DNA of 62,039 nt, counting the filler, from Platydemus manokwari (lineage: Eukaryota), in the NCBI GenBank assembly GCA_037951405.1. It is 6 parts of 6 records of this genome, joined end to end, with 100 filler letters (N's around TTAATTAATTAA, not from the genome) between each part and the next. Parts side by side here need not be neighbours in the genome. Positions count along the whole stretch, not along the records: positions 1 to 9,042 come from JBBMOY011308872.1; positions 9,143 to 20,112 come from JBBMOY011009969.1; 4 more parts are not named here. One strand, written 5' to 3'. A program made the position numbers and the translations under genes. Below the pieces are notes generated by a model. The model was not told where the DNA came from and ran no database searches. It saw nothing but the letters and a program-made list of their open reading frames with translations. This document shows, in pieces, positions 1-13,654 of this stretch; within the stretch, counting starts at the first letter, position 1; each line of letters starts with the position of its first letter.

Positions 1-217
1 GATACGTACTGTCATGCACACATTTTTCAATGTAAATCAATTGTTTTAATCAACTAGTTGGGCCAGAACCCCAACATATATATGATTGTTTAAAATAAAT
101 ATTTGTATTTATACCTGATTAAGATTAAAAAGAAGAAAAAGCTCTCCATAAATTTCTTTGAAAAATGTTTTATTTGTTATTAAATAAAATTTAAGAAAAT
201 CGTAATAATGACTTCTT

Positions 218-2580
218 TTGTTGAAACATCAATTGAAAGTGAAGTATCCGCTACTAACAATCCCCAAACCGACAAAGGAGGGTAAATATGACAGGGTCGG
301 ATCATGGAGACCGATCAAAATACTAACAACAATCCTTTGTAAACAACTTCGGAGTTGGATCGATGAGAACAGCCTAATTCATCAATTGCAAAAGAGTCTG
401 GGGGTAACTGATGTCTGCGCGCAGCGCAACTTTATTCTTCGAGCTCTGTTAGAAAACTACTCAAGGAAAAGAAGAGATGACATTTACATCTCATTCAGGG
501 ACATCGAGAAGGCCTTTCCTTCGATAAACATCACAGCAATGACCGAGATATTGGAATATATGCGCCTAGATGAAAATATTATAAAAATGATCGAATGCCT
601 GTACAACAACTGCTGGACTACGTTCAAGTGTGGATATTATGAGACGTGTCCGATCAAAATGAAACACGGGGTTCGTCAAGGTTGCCCAATATCAATGTTG
701 TTATTTAACATTACAATGAACCCAATTCTTGTAAAGGTGGATCAAAACCGATTGGGTGGATTTTTATTGGATAATAATGAAATCTCTTGCCTTGTATATG
801 CTGATGACCTTGCGCTGATCGGTAAGGATGCCAATAATGTCAAATCAATGATCAACGAGGCTTCCGAACTGACGACCTCACTGGGATGAAGTTCAAACCA
901 TCTAAGTGCGGATACCTACACAATGAAAGAGAAGGCTCTATGTTAGATAACTTAAAAGTGAACAATGAACCAATTCCAATTATCACTATGGACAACAATT
1001 ATCGGTATGCGGGTGTGAAAATTTCACTTAAGTTACAAAATTCCACAGAAAATCTATTCAACGATCTGAAAACTACGATAAAAATGCTCACAAATTCAAT
1101 TCTGCTTCCATGGCAGAAACTCAGAGAATTTGAACTGTTTATCAATACGAAATGCACTTTCTTCCTAAGAAATTATTATATCACCTATACAAAACTCAAT
1201 GAATTCGACATTATGATTAAAAAATTACTTGAAAACAATACTGGGTGTCCTAAAATATTGCAGTACAAATCTCTTATATGCCTCCAACACCAATGGGAGA
1301 TGCGATTTACGAAATATGACAGAAAGTTATACAATTCAATCAATCATCCATGCCTACTATCTCCTCACGAGCAACTATGATATAATCATACTGACAGCGG
1401 TGCAATCTCTATGTCAATCAACAAAAACAGAAATAGAGGTGAATGACATCAATGACGCACTCAATTGGATGAAATCACACAAAACTTGGTGGAGCAAAGT
1501 CCATGAGGGAATAAACTCCACACAGTTGTTTGCTTTGAGACAATCAATGGTGCCCTCATGCTCAGAATCGATCAAAATATCAGCTCCAATGGTCTTAGTT
1601 ATACAAAAGCAGCGACAATGGAACCAAAGAATATTAAACAAGCTCCGATACTTCTTTGACGGTGTGTCATTCAATCGTATCAGATCCAATGGAATGAACA
1701 AATCAGAAGCGGGCGATACAATACCTTATGCGCTACGGTTAGCTCTATCTGGATCAAGACAGTGAACCATGGCCACTTAACAATGCAGAGTTAGGATTCA
1801 TCCATAAACCCAAAACGGATACCTTACCGACTTTGAATAAAAAATACATGGACGGGATGGCGTGCCGTAAATGTCTGTATCCAACGGAATCACAGACACA
1901 CATTTTCACAATGTGTAAACCATCTTTGTAACTTTTAGGTAAAATGAAGTTATGGAGTTTGTAGCAAAGTGTGTGGAATATTATACCGATTAGAATCTTT
2001 ATAGTTAAGAAATGTCAATTTGCTAACTCCAGCCTTCGAGTGGACTTACAAATGGTGAATGACAGGAAATCTACCATCATGTTAATTGACATCAAATGCC
2101 CCATGGACAAGCCTAGGCTAATAGATGAGACAAATCAAAAAAACCCCTCTAAATACGACAGTCTCAAAAAAGAGGTCAAAAAGAACAAGCCAAAATTCAC
2201 GGTCGAACTTCACACATTGATCATGGGTGTACCCGGAACATGGGTGACGTCAAATGATGGACTTAGCCAGCAAATCATCCACAAACTAGCGATGAAATGC
2301 ATAAAGTCAAATATCAATGTATCGTACCTCTAATGTCAGCTCCACACTGGCAAAATAAATTCATACTGCCCAAAATCAATGAGAACAATGGATGAAGACT
2401 ATTTACAGTTGGACCTTGACTGTGAGAACGATAGATGAGCAATCAACTACTGGACGTAGCCAAGAGAAATGTGATAATAGATTCAATCGAAAGAGAGAAT
2501 CTATGTTATAAGTCGTGAGTTATCAAGGCTAACCAATTGATCATTGTCATAAATAGATATTTGTTTTTTGTTTTTGTTTT
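218..2580 (+). mobile_element. Degenerate 5'-truncated non-LTR retrotransposon of the RLE (R2/NeSL/Utopia-like) group: RT + CCHC knuckle + restriction-like endonuclease + 3' end
   Basis: RT motifs WRPI, D(I)EKAFPSI, GVRQGCPIS, YADD, KFKPSKC in frameshifted ORFs 218-1765; CRKCLYPTESQTHIFTMC (CCHC) at about 1863-1916; LRVDL...LIDIKCP...KY (PD-D/ExK-like) in ORF 1971-2333; ends in a T-rich tract. Confidence 0.9.
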
Positions 2581-5237
2581 TTGTAGCTTCTCAATTTTCA
2601 TATTTTATAATTTATATTCCGATAGTTATGGTTATTTTTTACTTTACTATTTTTGACAATTATATCGAATTATATTTTGTTAATTGATGGATTATTTATT
2701 AAATTTATTTCATGAGAAATAAAGATATATGTTATATTTATTTAATATGATTCTACTATACTATTTTTTCGTACACTGCCTGACTTGTATTATAAAAAAC
2801 TGTGTTTTATCAATAAATATTTGTACAATTCAATTTTTCGCCTAACTTGCTTTTGTACTTGATCAAAATTTTATAACACACAGTGTAACTGCTAAACGCT
2901 ATAATAAACATGATAAATGAGTACACTCATTAGGATGACGGGCCTAAACAAGACCCTATCCAAAATTTTCTAAACTTCTATGTATCAATACGACCAAAAT
3001 TACACAGCGGGGAATTCCATCTAGATGGTTGAATACTAATAACGACAAGGATGAAGAGCCACACTATTCTCTCATTGAGAGAACTCTTTTTCTCAAGGTA
3101 GAAGATTTGCCAAGGAATAATCCAAACTTTGACAAATTTGTTGAGTGAATACTTCGAACCAAATTTTTTTTTGTTTTTATTGTTTTTTTAATTGCAGAAA
3201 CATTCCTTTAAAGAAGTTACAACGCCCAAAACATGTGAAAAGCTAGAAAAAAATTTATACTAAAGTTTTTAATCTAAACCGAAAAATATGGCACAATCTC
3301 GACAATGAGTGTCGAGATCTGCTAATATGAGCTCAACCAGAAACTATAATAATTGATGGGTTCGAGCTGGAAGGGAAATCAAGTGAAAATAAGCATGACC
3401 CAACAATTATTTTTGGTTCACCGGAGACTAAAAGCAGTTACATCTGAGAAAATCTCCCATTGACAGACTGCTATTTTTTCAAAACTGATATCGCGAAATA
3501 TCGATTTTTGTCCACAAACTTAGTCTCAATGAAGTCAATGCATACACGAAGCCATTAGGTCATTGTAAGACTATAATGGCTGTCATCAATGTAGATTATT
3601 AATAGGAGATTATTTGTTTGAAAACTGAGTGGTGGCACTGAAATTATTGACCCACTAGGCACTGACAGTGCCTCTACGAGGAAGACAATAAGACCAATTT
3701 TTAATTTGAAAAAATTTTATCTTACAAAAACCAATCTTCTTAAAATACAAATTCAGGATCCGACGACATTACTGAAGAGCACTTGATTCTCTTGTCAATC
3801 ACGAATAAGAACATCAGTATGTTATTACAATTCAATGAAAGGTTGGAAGAAGGTAACTACAACCCAAGCAGGCTTAAACAAGCACTATTTGAAGATAGTG
3901 GTTCCATAGCTTACACACACCAGTCTATTTCGAATGAACACTGAGAACAACAAAACCAAAGAAAAAATTCAATTATCCAGGTTGAGCAGAAAATAAATTC
4001 AATTGGATACACTATTAGGTTGTTGGATAGGTTCCCAAGTTACATTAAACTATTTGTTCTACAACAAACCTTCTGATGTTTGGCGAAGTGTCAAAGAAAT
4101 AATATTAAAGTAATCCTTTTAATTAGTTTTTTGTCTTTTTTAGGAACTGTCAAATGGATTGCCAAGTCCACAAAAATCGCACTTTCGACACCTTTTCTTA
4201 GCCTTATGCTGGTCCTAGAGGGTTTCAGTAGCTCGTATGAAAACGAAGATACCGGTAAATATATTATTCAATTGATTGTTACAACAAGGATTCAGATTGT
4301 CCAGTTGTAGCAACTGGTTTGTAGTAAACTGACAGATAAGATTAATAATTATAGTTATTTACTCCCTGATGATTAATAACGCCATGTTTTAATACTATAA
4401 TTAATTTAAGTAAAATGAAAACAAAGTAAACAGCAAAACAACAACAAAAATTGCTAAATATCCACATGAGGGATATCGGAAGATAATAATGAGGAGGGAA
4501 AGATGATGATTAATAATTAATTAATTAAACTATAATGCTAATGACAGTGCTTAGTAAAAAAAATAAAATATTACTCACGAATGCACATTTAGCACTGATT
4601 AATTCTTCGATTCGCATTCAGTGAAGCTTCTTCAATAGTTAGCGTGTTCATTACAAAACAATATGCGTCTATATTCACTTGCTTTGCTAGTTCTTTTCTT
4701 GTACCGGCCTTATTTTTATTTTGACTGCAAAAAATTTTTATATGTATTTTTCTGCTATAGTGACCTTTGCTATTTTTTTAAAACTACGTGATCAGTTTTT
4801 CTGACCTACTTCTTTTTAGATTAGATAATTTTATTTTATTAATCCTGTTTAAACTTGTTAATATTTGCTTTTCTTCCTAATTATTATTATTATTAATTAC
4901 TGTTTCATTTTATAATAATAATAATTTTAATTATTTTTTAAACTTTATTTTTTCTTTTACTTTGTTGCTTAAAGCAATTATTAAAACTCAGTCGTATCAC
5001 CAGTGCACTCCTATTTACAATTCAAATGACTTTCACACACGACGATCATTATTCTAGATACAAATATTCAGCACGAAAATAATACAATTGTTCGGCTTAA
5101 AAAGCGAACAGTCACAATCTCAAAGATACAAATAAAAACAGAAATTAATTCAATTCAATCAAAACAATTTGATTAACAGTAATTTTGTGGGTTACTTACT
5201 TCTGTGTTGACCATTTGTAAGAATTGATGAAGTAATT

Positions 5238-5500
5238 TTGGGTAAATTTGATTGGAAAGTTCAAAGAGATTTTGGGTGCTATCCTCAACAAGTTAATCGA
5301 GGTCAAAAAGCGAGTGAAGCTATCAGAGATATTTTTGTCGTGTATGGAGAGGAAGCTATAGCTGAGAGAACTGCACAGCATTGGTTTGCCAGGTTCAAAC
5401 ACGATAATTTCTACTTCAACGACTGTGCTCGTCCCGAGATAGACGAGGACCAGCTCGAAAGTCTTTTGAAGGAATATTGCCTCAAGAGGAGAGAATTGGG
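5238..5500 (+). mobile_element. mariner transposase N-terminal HTH fragment
   Basis: NRGQKASEAIRDIFVVYGEEAIAERTAQHWFARFK...RPEIDEDQL is the typical mariner HTH region; no catalytic domain follows. Confidence 0.85.
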
Positions 5501-6586
5501 CACAAAGATTTTACGACAGAATCGTTATTGGATACGAGAAATGGAGAGCGTGGGTGAGCCTGGAGAAAAGAAAAAACTGTATACAATGAAGGCAATGACT
5601 TGTTGGATTGGGAAAGTCTAATTCACTGTGTAATGCTTGGAAATAACATAACAGTAATGACGAATATCTATAAAATCCAAATACATCGATTAAGTGAGAC
5701 AATTCAACAAAAAGACCGGAACGACAAAGAAAAAAATATCAAGATGCAACTCCAAGGGCTCGGCTAGGAGGTCCATCAACATTCTTCCTACCTTCCCCCG
5801 ACAATTTGCCACTTTATTTCTTTGAAAATAAAAAGTAGCGGGAACTGATGCAATAACCGATATACTATTATTAACAAAAGACCAATGAGAATACAATCAT
5901 TGCGTCCGAACTAAACAAGTTGTTAAAGAATCAATCTGTATCAAAGTGATTATTCCAATGAACGAGATATGATACATTTTGAGGTAATTTTACAATATAC
6001 AGCAGAATTTATAATAGATATTAAATCCGATGAAACCGTTTATTCAAAAACCTTTTGAAGACCATTATTCAAACTTCTTTCAATTGATAAAATTAACAAT
6101 CTTTTTACACAATGCCCCAGGGCCTAGTTAATTATTTTAAGTGATTAAAATTTAGTTTTCAAGATCAAAGAAACTTATTCATTTGAAAAAGATCCAAATG
6201 CATTTCACAGAAATAAAATTTATTATATAAATATTCTTTGCATATCGATACAAACCCAAATCATCCGAAAATGAAGACATCAACTCGCTGGACATTGAAA
6301 AATTAAGAACAATACACTACTATGTGTGTCAACCAGTCGATCTCGAACCCAATTTTAGTCCATCGTACTTCCCTACACTACTAGACTCCGACTAAAATGT
6401 TTACAAAATAGGATTAATGAATTCTATAAGAAACGAAATGATGTTAAATACTCATTTATAAAATAACTGAATTATTAAACTATAAATAAATACCATTATA
6501 AATACAAATTTATATATACCAACTATTTATAAATAAAGTTAACAACTATTAAAATCAAATATTAATCCAAGTTGTATTTAATCAAA

Positions 6587-7420
6587 TTAAACAGATGTTT
6601 GAACTGGTGGTTCATGTCCATCGGGTCTTTCAACAATTTCACCGGCGCTAGTTACAGTGGTAGCAGAGTCACCGTGCAAATCCATCAATTTGGTCATATC
6701 CATTTTTGGTTTTCTGATAACCTTAACTTTTCTAATGCAGCAATCAGACAATGGGAAAATGTATGAGCATTTTCTGGTAATGTCTTTACCGATTGAGTCA
6801 ATTGACAATTTCTTGACAACTTCCTTGATGTCACAAGATGAAATTTCTTGTTGGATAACTTCTCTCATGATGTCTCTGATGGATTTAATTTGTTGAGCTT
6901 GGGCATAGCTGTGTTTCTTGCTTTGTTGTGGAGCTTTCTTAGTAAAAGCAATAACAAAGACACGCAAGTAGAAGTTATCAGATGTTTTAACATCAGCAAA
7001 GCATTCAATGGTAGTTTGCCATTTCTTAACCATTGAGCACATTTTGTCAGTAGTCAATTGCATTCCTTTGAATGAAGTTAAACATTGGTTTCCTTGAACT
7101 TCTTCAATTTGAAGGGAAAATTTTCTGAAGATATCTTCAGTCTTTTCATTCAATTCTCCTAAGCTCATTGTGACAACTCTGTTTTTAAGACCTTCACTGG
7201 CAATTTTTGTTCCTTGAGTCTTGGTAACCAAAGTTCTGGCGAATGATCTTTTTGGGAACATAGATGGTGCTCTAATAACATACCATTCTTTTTTCAAAAA
7301 TGGATCGGAGCTATAATAAAATATTGAAATAATAAAACTTTAAAAAATGTATTACGTCTTCTTTTTTCCTTTCTTTGGACCCAATTTTTGTGCCTTTTTT
7401 GAGGTTTTGCCGATAGCCAT
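6587..7420 (-). CDS. RPS3A: 40S ribosomal protein S3a (eS1), 2 exons: 7420-7356 and 7310-6587; 262 aa
   Basis: MAIGK...KKK/TSDPFLKKEWY..APSMF, CSMVKKWQT, RKVKV.RKPK and metazoan-type C-terminus ERPDGHEPPVQTSV; 45-nt GT-AG intron 7355-7311 restores the frame. Confidence 0.97.
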
Positions 7421-8699
7421 TACTTTTTAAATTACACAAATTAAACTTTATATTCTAAACATTGTAATCTTACTTTTTTAAATTATTTTATTTTATAAAC
7501 TATAGCTTATTTAAACAATTTAATTATGTATTAAATAATTATTAAAATTTTATTATCATAATTTTTCATTATTAAAATTTTAAAAAGTTAAATTGTAATT
7601 TTACTTCTTCAAAAATTTTACTACAATAGATTTATATAAAAATTACATTTTTTCTTGGTTAATACTAAAATTAATTTTATAAAATATATCAATAACTATT
7701 TAAAGGCATTACATTTTTCATATAAATATTAGAATAAAAACATTTGGAATTTTAAAACAGGTTCTTCAATTTTAATTAAATATTATGGAGTAATTTTATT
7801 TGCAGATATTTATATAATATTTGAGTAATTGAATATGTGATAGTTATTATAAAACTTTATAAAAACTATATATTTAAGCTAATTTAAACTTTAAATTTGC
7901 TATAGGTTTTCTTATCTAAACGAGTTGAAAATTTTCATAAAAATATAAAATAATTATATGAAACAAACAATATACAGATAATTGATGGTAAGTAATTTAA
8001 AAAATGGTCGTCCAAAATTATATATATATAAATTACTTAAAATATTTAATACTTGAAAGTTAGAAAAAATATATATTTGTATTTTTGGCAGGATTCTATA
8101 TGGATTTGAATTCACTCAGTGCAAATTATAATACCAATGGTCATTATTGGTAACCTACTGTAATAAAATGGCGATGGACTTAACAGGGAATATTTGGTAT
8201 ATAACTACAATCAAATATCAAATGTCTGACAGAAAATTAAGCTCTTCATAAAAATTATAAATCAAACATAGAACATCTAAAACTTTATTAAACAATAGAT
8301 ATGTTTAATTATTCAAAAAATGGGTGTTTCAGGTTGATACGAAAATGTTTAATAATAGTAAATTGTTGAAAACTATAATATAATTCTTTTTTAATTATTA
8401 ATGATCTTCACGGGGCTAATGTGTTATACTTGAACAAGTTGGAATGGATATTTTAATATCTCATTTAATAGAAGCTTATAAAATGAAACAAATAATATTG
8501 AAATTAATTTAATATTTCTATATATCTTTCGATAACGTGATTTTTCACTTGACTAAGAAAAATTCAATAAAAATAATAAAAATTAAATCAATAAAAATAA
8601 TAATGTAACAATAAAAACATTTAAGATCACACATTTTATTAAATAAACAGTCAACAATAGATGATATAATTATGTAAGAGCTTTATTAAATACAATGAG

Positions 8700-8959
8700 T
8701 TATACTGGTGAGTGACATAGAGGGCAATTTTGATGTTTGTTCATTTCTTCTTCGTGAGCAGAATGTTTGCACACCGGACACATCCAAAATTGACCTTGAG
8801 TGATTGGTTGTCCCGAAACAATACAAATTGGTATTTTAGAATCACTAAATGTTTAAATGGTATTTATTATTTTATTTACAAAACAGAGAAAGGTACCCAT
8901 CAAATGAATTTTCAAATTCATCGTATTCTCTAGTTCTCGGAGGATCAGTAGGGGAATAT
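8700..8959 (-). CDS. WDR35: Last two exons (8959-8897, 8844-8700) of WD repeat protein 35 / IFT121; the 5' part is cut off by the scaffold end
   Basis: Spliced translation YSPTDPPRTREYDEFENSFDGDSKIPICIVSGQPITQGQFWMCPVCKHSAHEEEMNKHQNCPLCHSPV* resembles the WDR35 C-terminal zinc ribbon (..QFWMC.VCKH....CPLCHSPV); 52-nt GT-AG intron in phase. Not in the ORF track. Confidence 0.9.
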
Positions 8960-9042
8960 CTAAATGTAAATCTCATTATATATATAGTTCCTTGAATAAT
9001 AATAGTAATAATAATAAGAAGAAGAATAATAAGAAGAATAAT

Positions 9043-9142
9043 NNNNNNNNNNNNNNNNNNNNNNNNNNNNNNNNNNNNNNNNNNNNTTAATTAATTAANN
9101 NNNNNNNNNNNNNNNNNNNNNNNNNNNNNNNNNNNNNNNNNN
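9043..9142. other. Artificial scaffold linker N44-TTAATTAATTAA-N44
   Basis: Six-frame stop 12-mer centred in a 100-nt gap; identical at five positions. Confidence 0.97.
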
Positions 9143-11363
9143 ACAATCTTACTTTTGAGAAACACCAAATTTAGTTAGGGAAAGTTACTTAGCCGAAATG
9201 CAATCTTTCTTATTGTAAGATATACCCAAAAATGAAACATATGGAATAAAAACATATTTAAATAGAAGAAATAAAAAACCTAAACAAAATTAGATTTAAA
9301 AAATTTAATGAAAAAGTTGTTAAAGCAAGATATTGAACATAAAAGCATAATGATACTTTCAAAATTTCAAATTAGATCTCAAATTGGAGGCCAAATTAAT
9401 AAGAAAAGAAAACAACTTAGAAATATATGTTTCAATTTTCAATTTATAGTTCATTTAAAAGCTTGTCGCCTTAAAATATGTCCTAATAAATTTAAAACAA
9501 TAATAATTCACTTAGAAATTCACATAAAAATACTGAATTTGTAAAACAAATCTCACAATAAACGTAAAAAGATGTGTAAATACGACAACTAACCTAGTCT
9601 TTATGACTACGGGATCAGATAATCCAATAAATAACTAATCAAGTAAAAAACCAATCAGAAACAAATATAAACACAAAATAATATATAAAACAACAGCTAT
9701 ATAGCACCCACAGTTATCTTGGTTGTTCTAAATTTATTATGTTCTCCCACCTTGTTTTTTAACCACATGGGTGTCTCACCAACTAGTTAGGCACACCTGA
9801 CTGTTCTCTTGAAGGGTATATCCCTCAACAATAGAATTGTACCTTTAGTGTATTATAACATCCGATTTATATTGTAAATAAACTTATTTTATTGTATTCG
9901 TTTATTTAATAATTTATTTTCATATTTTTCAGGATAAGTACATATTTCACCTGTCTATTTATAATTTACATATTATTAGAAATGTAAGAGTGATTCGAAC
10001 ACTTACTACGTATCTGATACGAGCAAATTCTGTTGCGAACTAAATCGCAATCTATTCTTATTTTTATCTTCAATCCTATCGTTAAGTTATATTCATCGTT
10101 ATCCTACAATACCAGAATTTTAATTTCATTTCATTTCGTTATTATATCCTCATAAAACCCCAACAGATATAGTGCTAAAGAAATCATTTTTCCAGTATTA
10201 TATTTAAAGCAAATACAAATTTTCACAATCCCAACAGACGTGCATTTTATCGATAAATTCATTTTAAAATAAATCTCATTATTTTCACAAAACTATATAT
10301 GGCAATAACCATTTTAATAATTCTAGAGAGAAAACTTTGTGATAATAATCATAGTAATAATGGTAATGAGAATAATAATAACAATTATAATCAGTTATTA
10401 TTTTAGCAGTGTAATAATAATTAATAAGAATCAATCATCATTTTTTACAACTTGTTTATTTTCAAATTTAACTAGCTATATTATATATTATTACATCAAT
10501 TATTGTCCTCAGCGATCGATTCTAATCCTGATAGGTCATCTAATATCTAAATATTTATTTTAAAGTAATCCATTTAATTACATGATTATATATTTACTTC
10601 TGAAATTGATGATTGAGTTGTGGAATTCGAATATGTAGTAATTATTCGTTGTATTTCAATATTCAGACGTTCACAACAACCCGGGTATTCCACATTAGGC
10701 TTTGATTTATTCGTATTATTCTGTTAAATTGGGATTATTGATTAGAAAAATAATAGCGCTTACAACATATTCAATATTTTTCATACATAATTACGTTTTA
10801 TATATAAATATATTACCAAATTATACCACAAACCGAAGGAAACTATAAACACAACAATAATAAATAAATCGTTATGATGACTTTATTAACTATCTGATAA
10901 GTAAGATGTTTCGTTTTATTTTCAGTTCAAGCCTTTTTTATATTGATTAAATGTTTGGACAAACATTGACTTAGAATACACGTTAAATTTGATTGTAAAT
11001 TTGAGAAAATTATTTTGCTTATTCACATCGTTTTTTTATTATAACAATTATTTTAACAATTATAACAAAATTGTGAAATATTGAATTAACAAGTGATTGA
11101 AATTAAATTTGATAATTTACTTCAATAACAATAATATAATAACTTCATAAATATGTGGAAATAGAAATACTTAAAACATTTGGAATGTTAACAAACAATA
11201 AGCAATAGTTTTAAATAAATAACATTTTTTATCATCTCCAATTTTATAAAACCAATTCTTTGTACGGTTACTAAAAAAGAGATTAATACTTATTATTAAA
11301 TTGGTGAAATGTCTGATTTTTACGTTGATATTAATAACCATTATTTTCGATTTGAATTCATTA

Positions 11364-12300
11364 TTATTGGGTTGATGCATAAGTTCGTGCAGTTTTTTAC
11401 AATTATGAAAAATGCATACTGGTCACGAATAAAGAGCATGCAAAAAATTCCAGATAACAAAATGAATTTATTAAATCATTAGAAAAAACAAATATCTCAA
11501 TCTCAACCGGTGAGATATTCTCCGCTACAATCGAACACATCCTTCTACCATTCTGGAAGTTTGTCAATCCCACTTTGGGAGAAGCTTGGTGATTTTGGTC
11601 GAAAAATTTTTCAATCCACGAAGTTATTGCTTCTTCGTTTTCAAATGTGAAACCAGAAAGATGGTTCGACGTGAAGTGGAACAGATAAAAATCTGTTGGG
11701 GCTAAATCATGAAAATATGGAAGATGAGGAAGAACTTCCCAGCCAAGCTCTTTAATAGCCAACTTTGTCATTGTGGCGACATAAGCTCGAGCATTGTCAT
11801 GCTGTAAAATTATCTGCTTCTTATTGGTCGTCTTCGGAGTGTTTACTCGTTTGAGTTGTCAAGATTTCGTAATGAATAACACCAAATTGGTCTCACCAAA
11901 AGCACAAGATTTTGCTTTGCTTTACTTCTGGTTTCGCACGTGGTTATGGTTGTGGTTGCTTTTGAGTACTTAACCTAACTTTTTGTGTTTCAAATTTATA
12001 TACAGGCACCATTTCTCATCACTTGTCACGATTCTGGAAAGGAAAGATTGATGTTGCTACATAGCAGATTGATGGCGAATGAGTAAAGATGCAGAAATCG
12101 AAACACGTTGGTTTTTGTAACTTTCTTTGAGAAGGTGAGGTACCCATGATCAAAACTTTTGAACTTTTCCCATCGAGAAATAGTGGTGTGATCACAATGC
12201 ATGGCTTGTCGAATTTCCTGTGTCCATTGACGCCGATCATCATGAATCAATTGGTTCAAAGTCACTAGGTCGACCTAACCGAGGTTCATCGTTTAAATCT
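11364..12300 (-). mobile_element. Decayed mariner transposon (one TIR plus most of the transposase)
   Basis: TIR ttgggttgatgcataagttcgtgcagttt at about 11367; QHDNARAY, LGWEVLPHLPYFHDLAPTDFYLF, VTSDEKWCLY; frameshifts; homologous to 57587-58989. Confidence 0.92.
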
Positions 12301-13264
12301 ATATATAAATATCAGTAGGAGTAAAATGGACAAGAACACAATCCGCTTGAACAATGTAGACTGCAAAATACGCGTTACTTTGAGTTGCAATTCAAGACAT
12401 GATATTACATAATTTACACTATTTTAGTTTGTCGAAAATTCATTATTAAGACTTGTTTCAAATGATCCCTTTTTCACCAGTACAAAGTCACCTATATATT
12501 AACCATAATAGTTTTGTTTTTTATTCTTCAAAGTCAATAAACTACCCATACTTATTTTATTAAATTTGATCCTGATATTTGTATCATTATATTCTGTATT
12601 TAAATATACCACTTAGAATATTAAGATTTAGTAGTCCAGACACACACTTATTTTAGATCATTGTAAACACCTATCATAACTCTCAGATTCCTTGTATAAC
12701 ATTTCATAGAAACTTTGTTTTTAACGAAAACCTTATATGGAAAAACTACGATTGATTTGATCAGTCAAACTTTGGTTTTTTTTTTACCATATTTTCTGTT
12801 TAAAACTACCTCTGATAATCCGAAGCAGAAGAGTTCGCTAATTTTCAAAGCTGTTTTGGGATCTTATTATGTCTGAGTATAACCAAATATAATTTTAATC
12901 ATTATCCGCCACTATTTTCTTTAAATTTTATTTATCATTCAACTAAAGTTTATTTGTTTTCTCTATGGTTTACGACAATCAGGTTTAATTTTTTGTTGGT
13001 GGACTCCTCCTTACTTTGATATTTCATACTTTGGGATGTTTCGTTTGATTAATTACGTCGATTATTAGTTTAAGTTATAATGTATATTCATCCTGGACAT
13101 TTGAAATTCATGTCGCATTTTATTGTTTACCATGCATGTGTATATGACCGTAATGTGCATCTGTTTTCAAATTTTAAACGATAGATAACGTAGTATAATT
13201 TATATTTAACATTACTCATAGTAATAATTAAGGAACTTTTATAAAGATAAAATTATTTATGAAT

Positions 13265-13654
13265 TCAACAAAAAAATATTACACTTACTATAGATTGATT
13301 TTTACAAATCTGAGTGTTCCACAAAGTTTCATAAATCAAATCTAAGAATTGCCGATTATCCTTTTGCTTATAATCCTTCGTTTTTATTTCGTATTTCTCA
13401 ATAGTTTCTAAACCTTTCAGATACTCTGGATCTTCAGTGTGCAATTTTTCGAATCCCGATAACACGATTCCATGAGCAGAAATTAAAATATTTTGACTGC
13501 AAATCTTTCCGTGATAAACTAAAATATTTAAAAGCATTGACAATAATGCAAAAATCGGTTCATTCATGATATTTTCTATGAATTTAAAATTAAATACATT
13601 TCTTGCGAACTTGACATGAACTAAACAGAAATAGTTCGCAACATTTTTTATCAT
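13265..13654 (-). CDS. Exon/ORF with a degenerate kinase subdomain VIb-VII-like segment; possibly the distal part of the Pelle-like gene
   Basis: LVYHGKICSQNILISAHGIVLSGFE resembles pseudokinase HGN.C..NIL...KLS(D/G)F; same strand and downstream of the Pelle-like exons; linkage not shown. Confidence 0.4.
   Translation of the reverse strand: MIKNVANYFCLVHVKFARNVFNFKFIENIMNEPIFALLSMLLNILVYHGKICSQNILISAHGIVLSGFEKLHTEDPEYLKGLETIEKYEIKTKDYKQKDNRQFLDLIYETLWNTQICKNQSIVSVIFFC

Noticed and set aside
6572-7036. Antisense ORFs over RPS3A, SLC6, FAH, HDAC11 and the RT genes, and many 60-100 aa Ile/Phe/Tyr/Lys-rich ORFs
   Set aside because: Shadow frames or chance ORFs in AT-rich DNA, many with non-ATG starts.
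7780-8500. Possible small spliced + strand gene divergent from RPS3A (GTAAGT at about 7988, acceptor at about 8091)
   Set aside because: The best frame contains stops and no recognisable motif; cannot be supported.
9087-9098. TTAATTAATTAA palindrome recurring about every 10 kb as a biological spacer, telomere or excision signal
   Set aside because: Always centred in exactly 44+44 N; it is a six-frame stop linker added during assembly or concatenation.
9975-10055. Minus-strand GTTCGAATC B-box suggesting a tRNA
   Set aside because: No acceptor stem, D-arm or anticodon arm could be folded; at most a decayed SINE.
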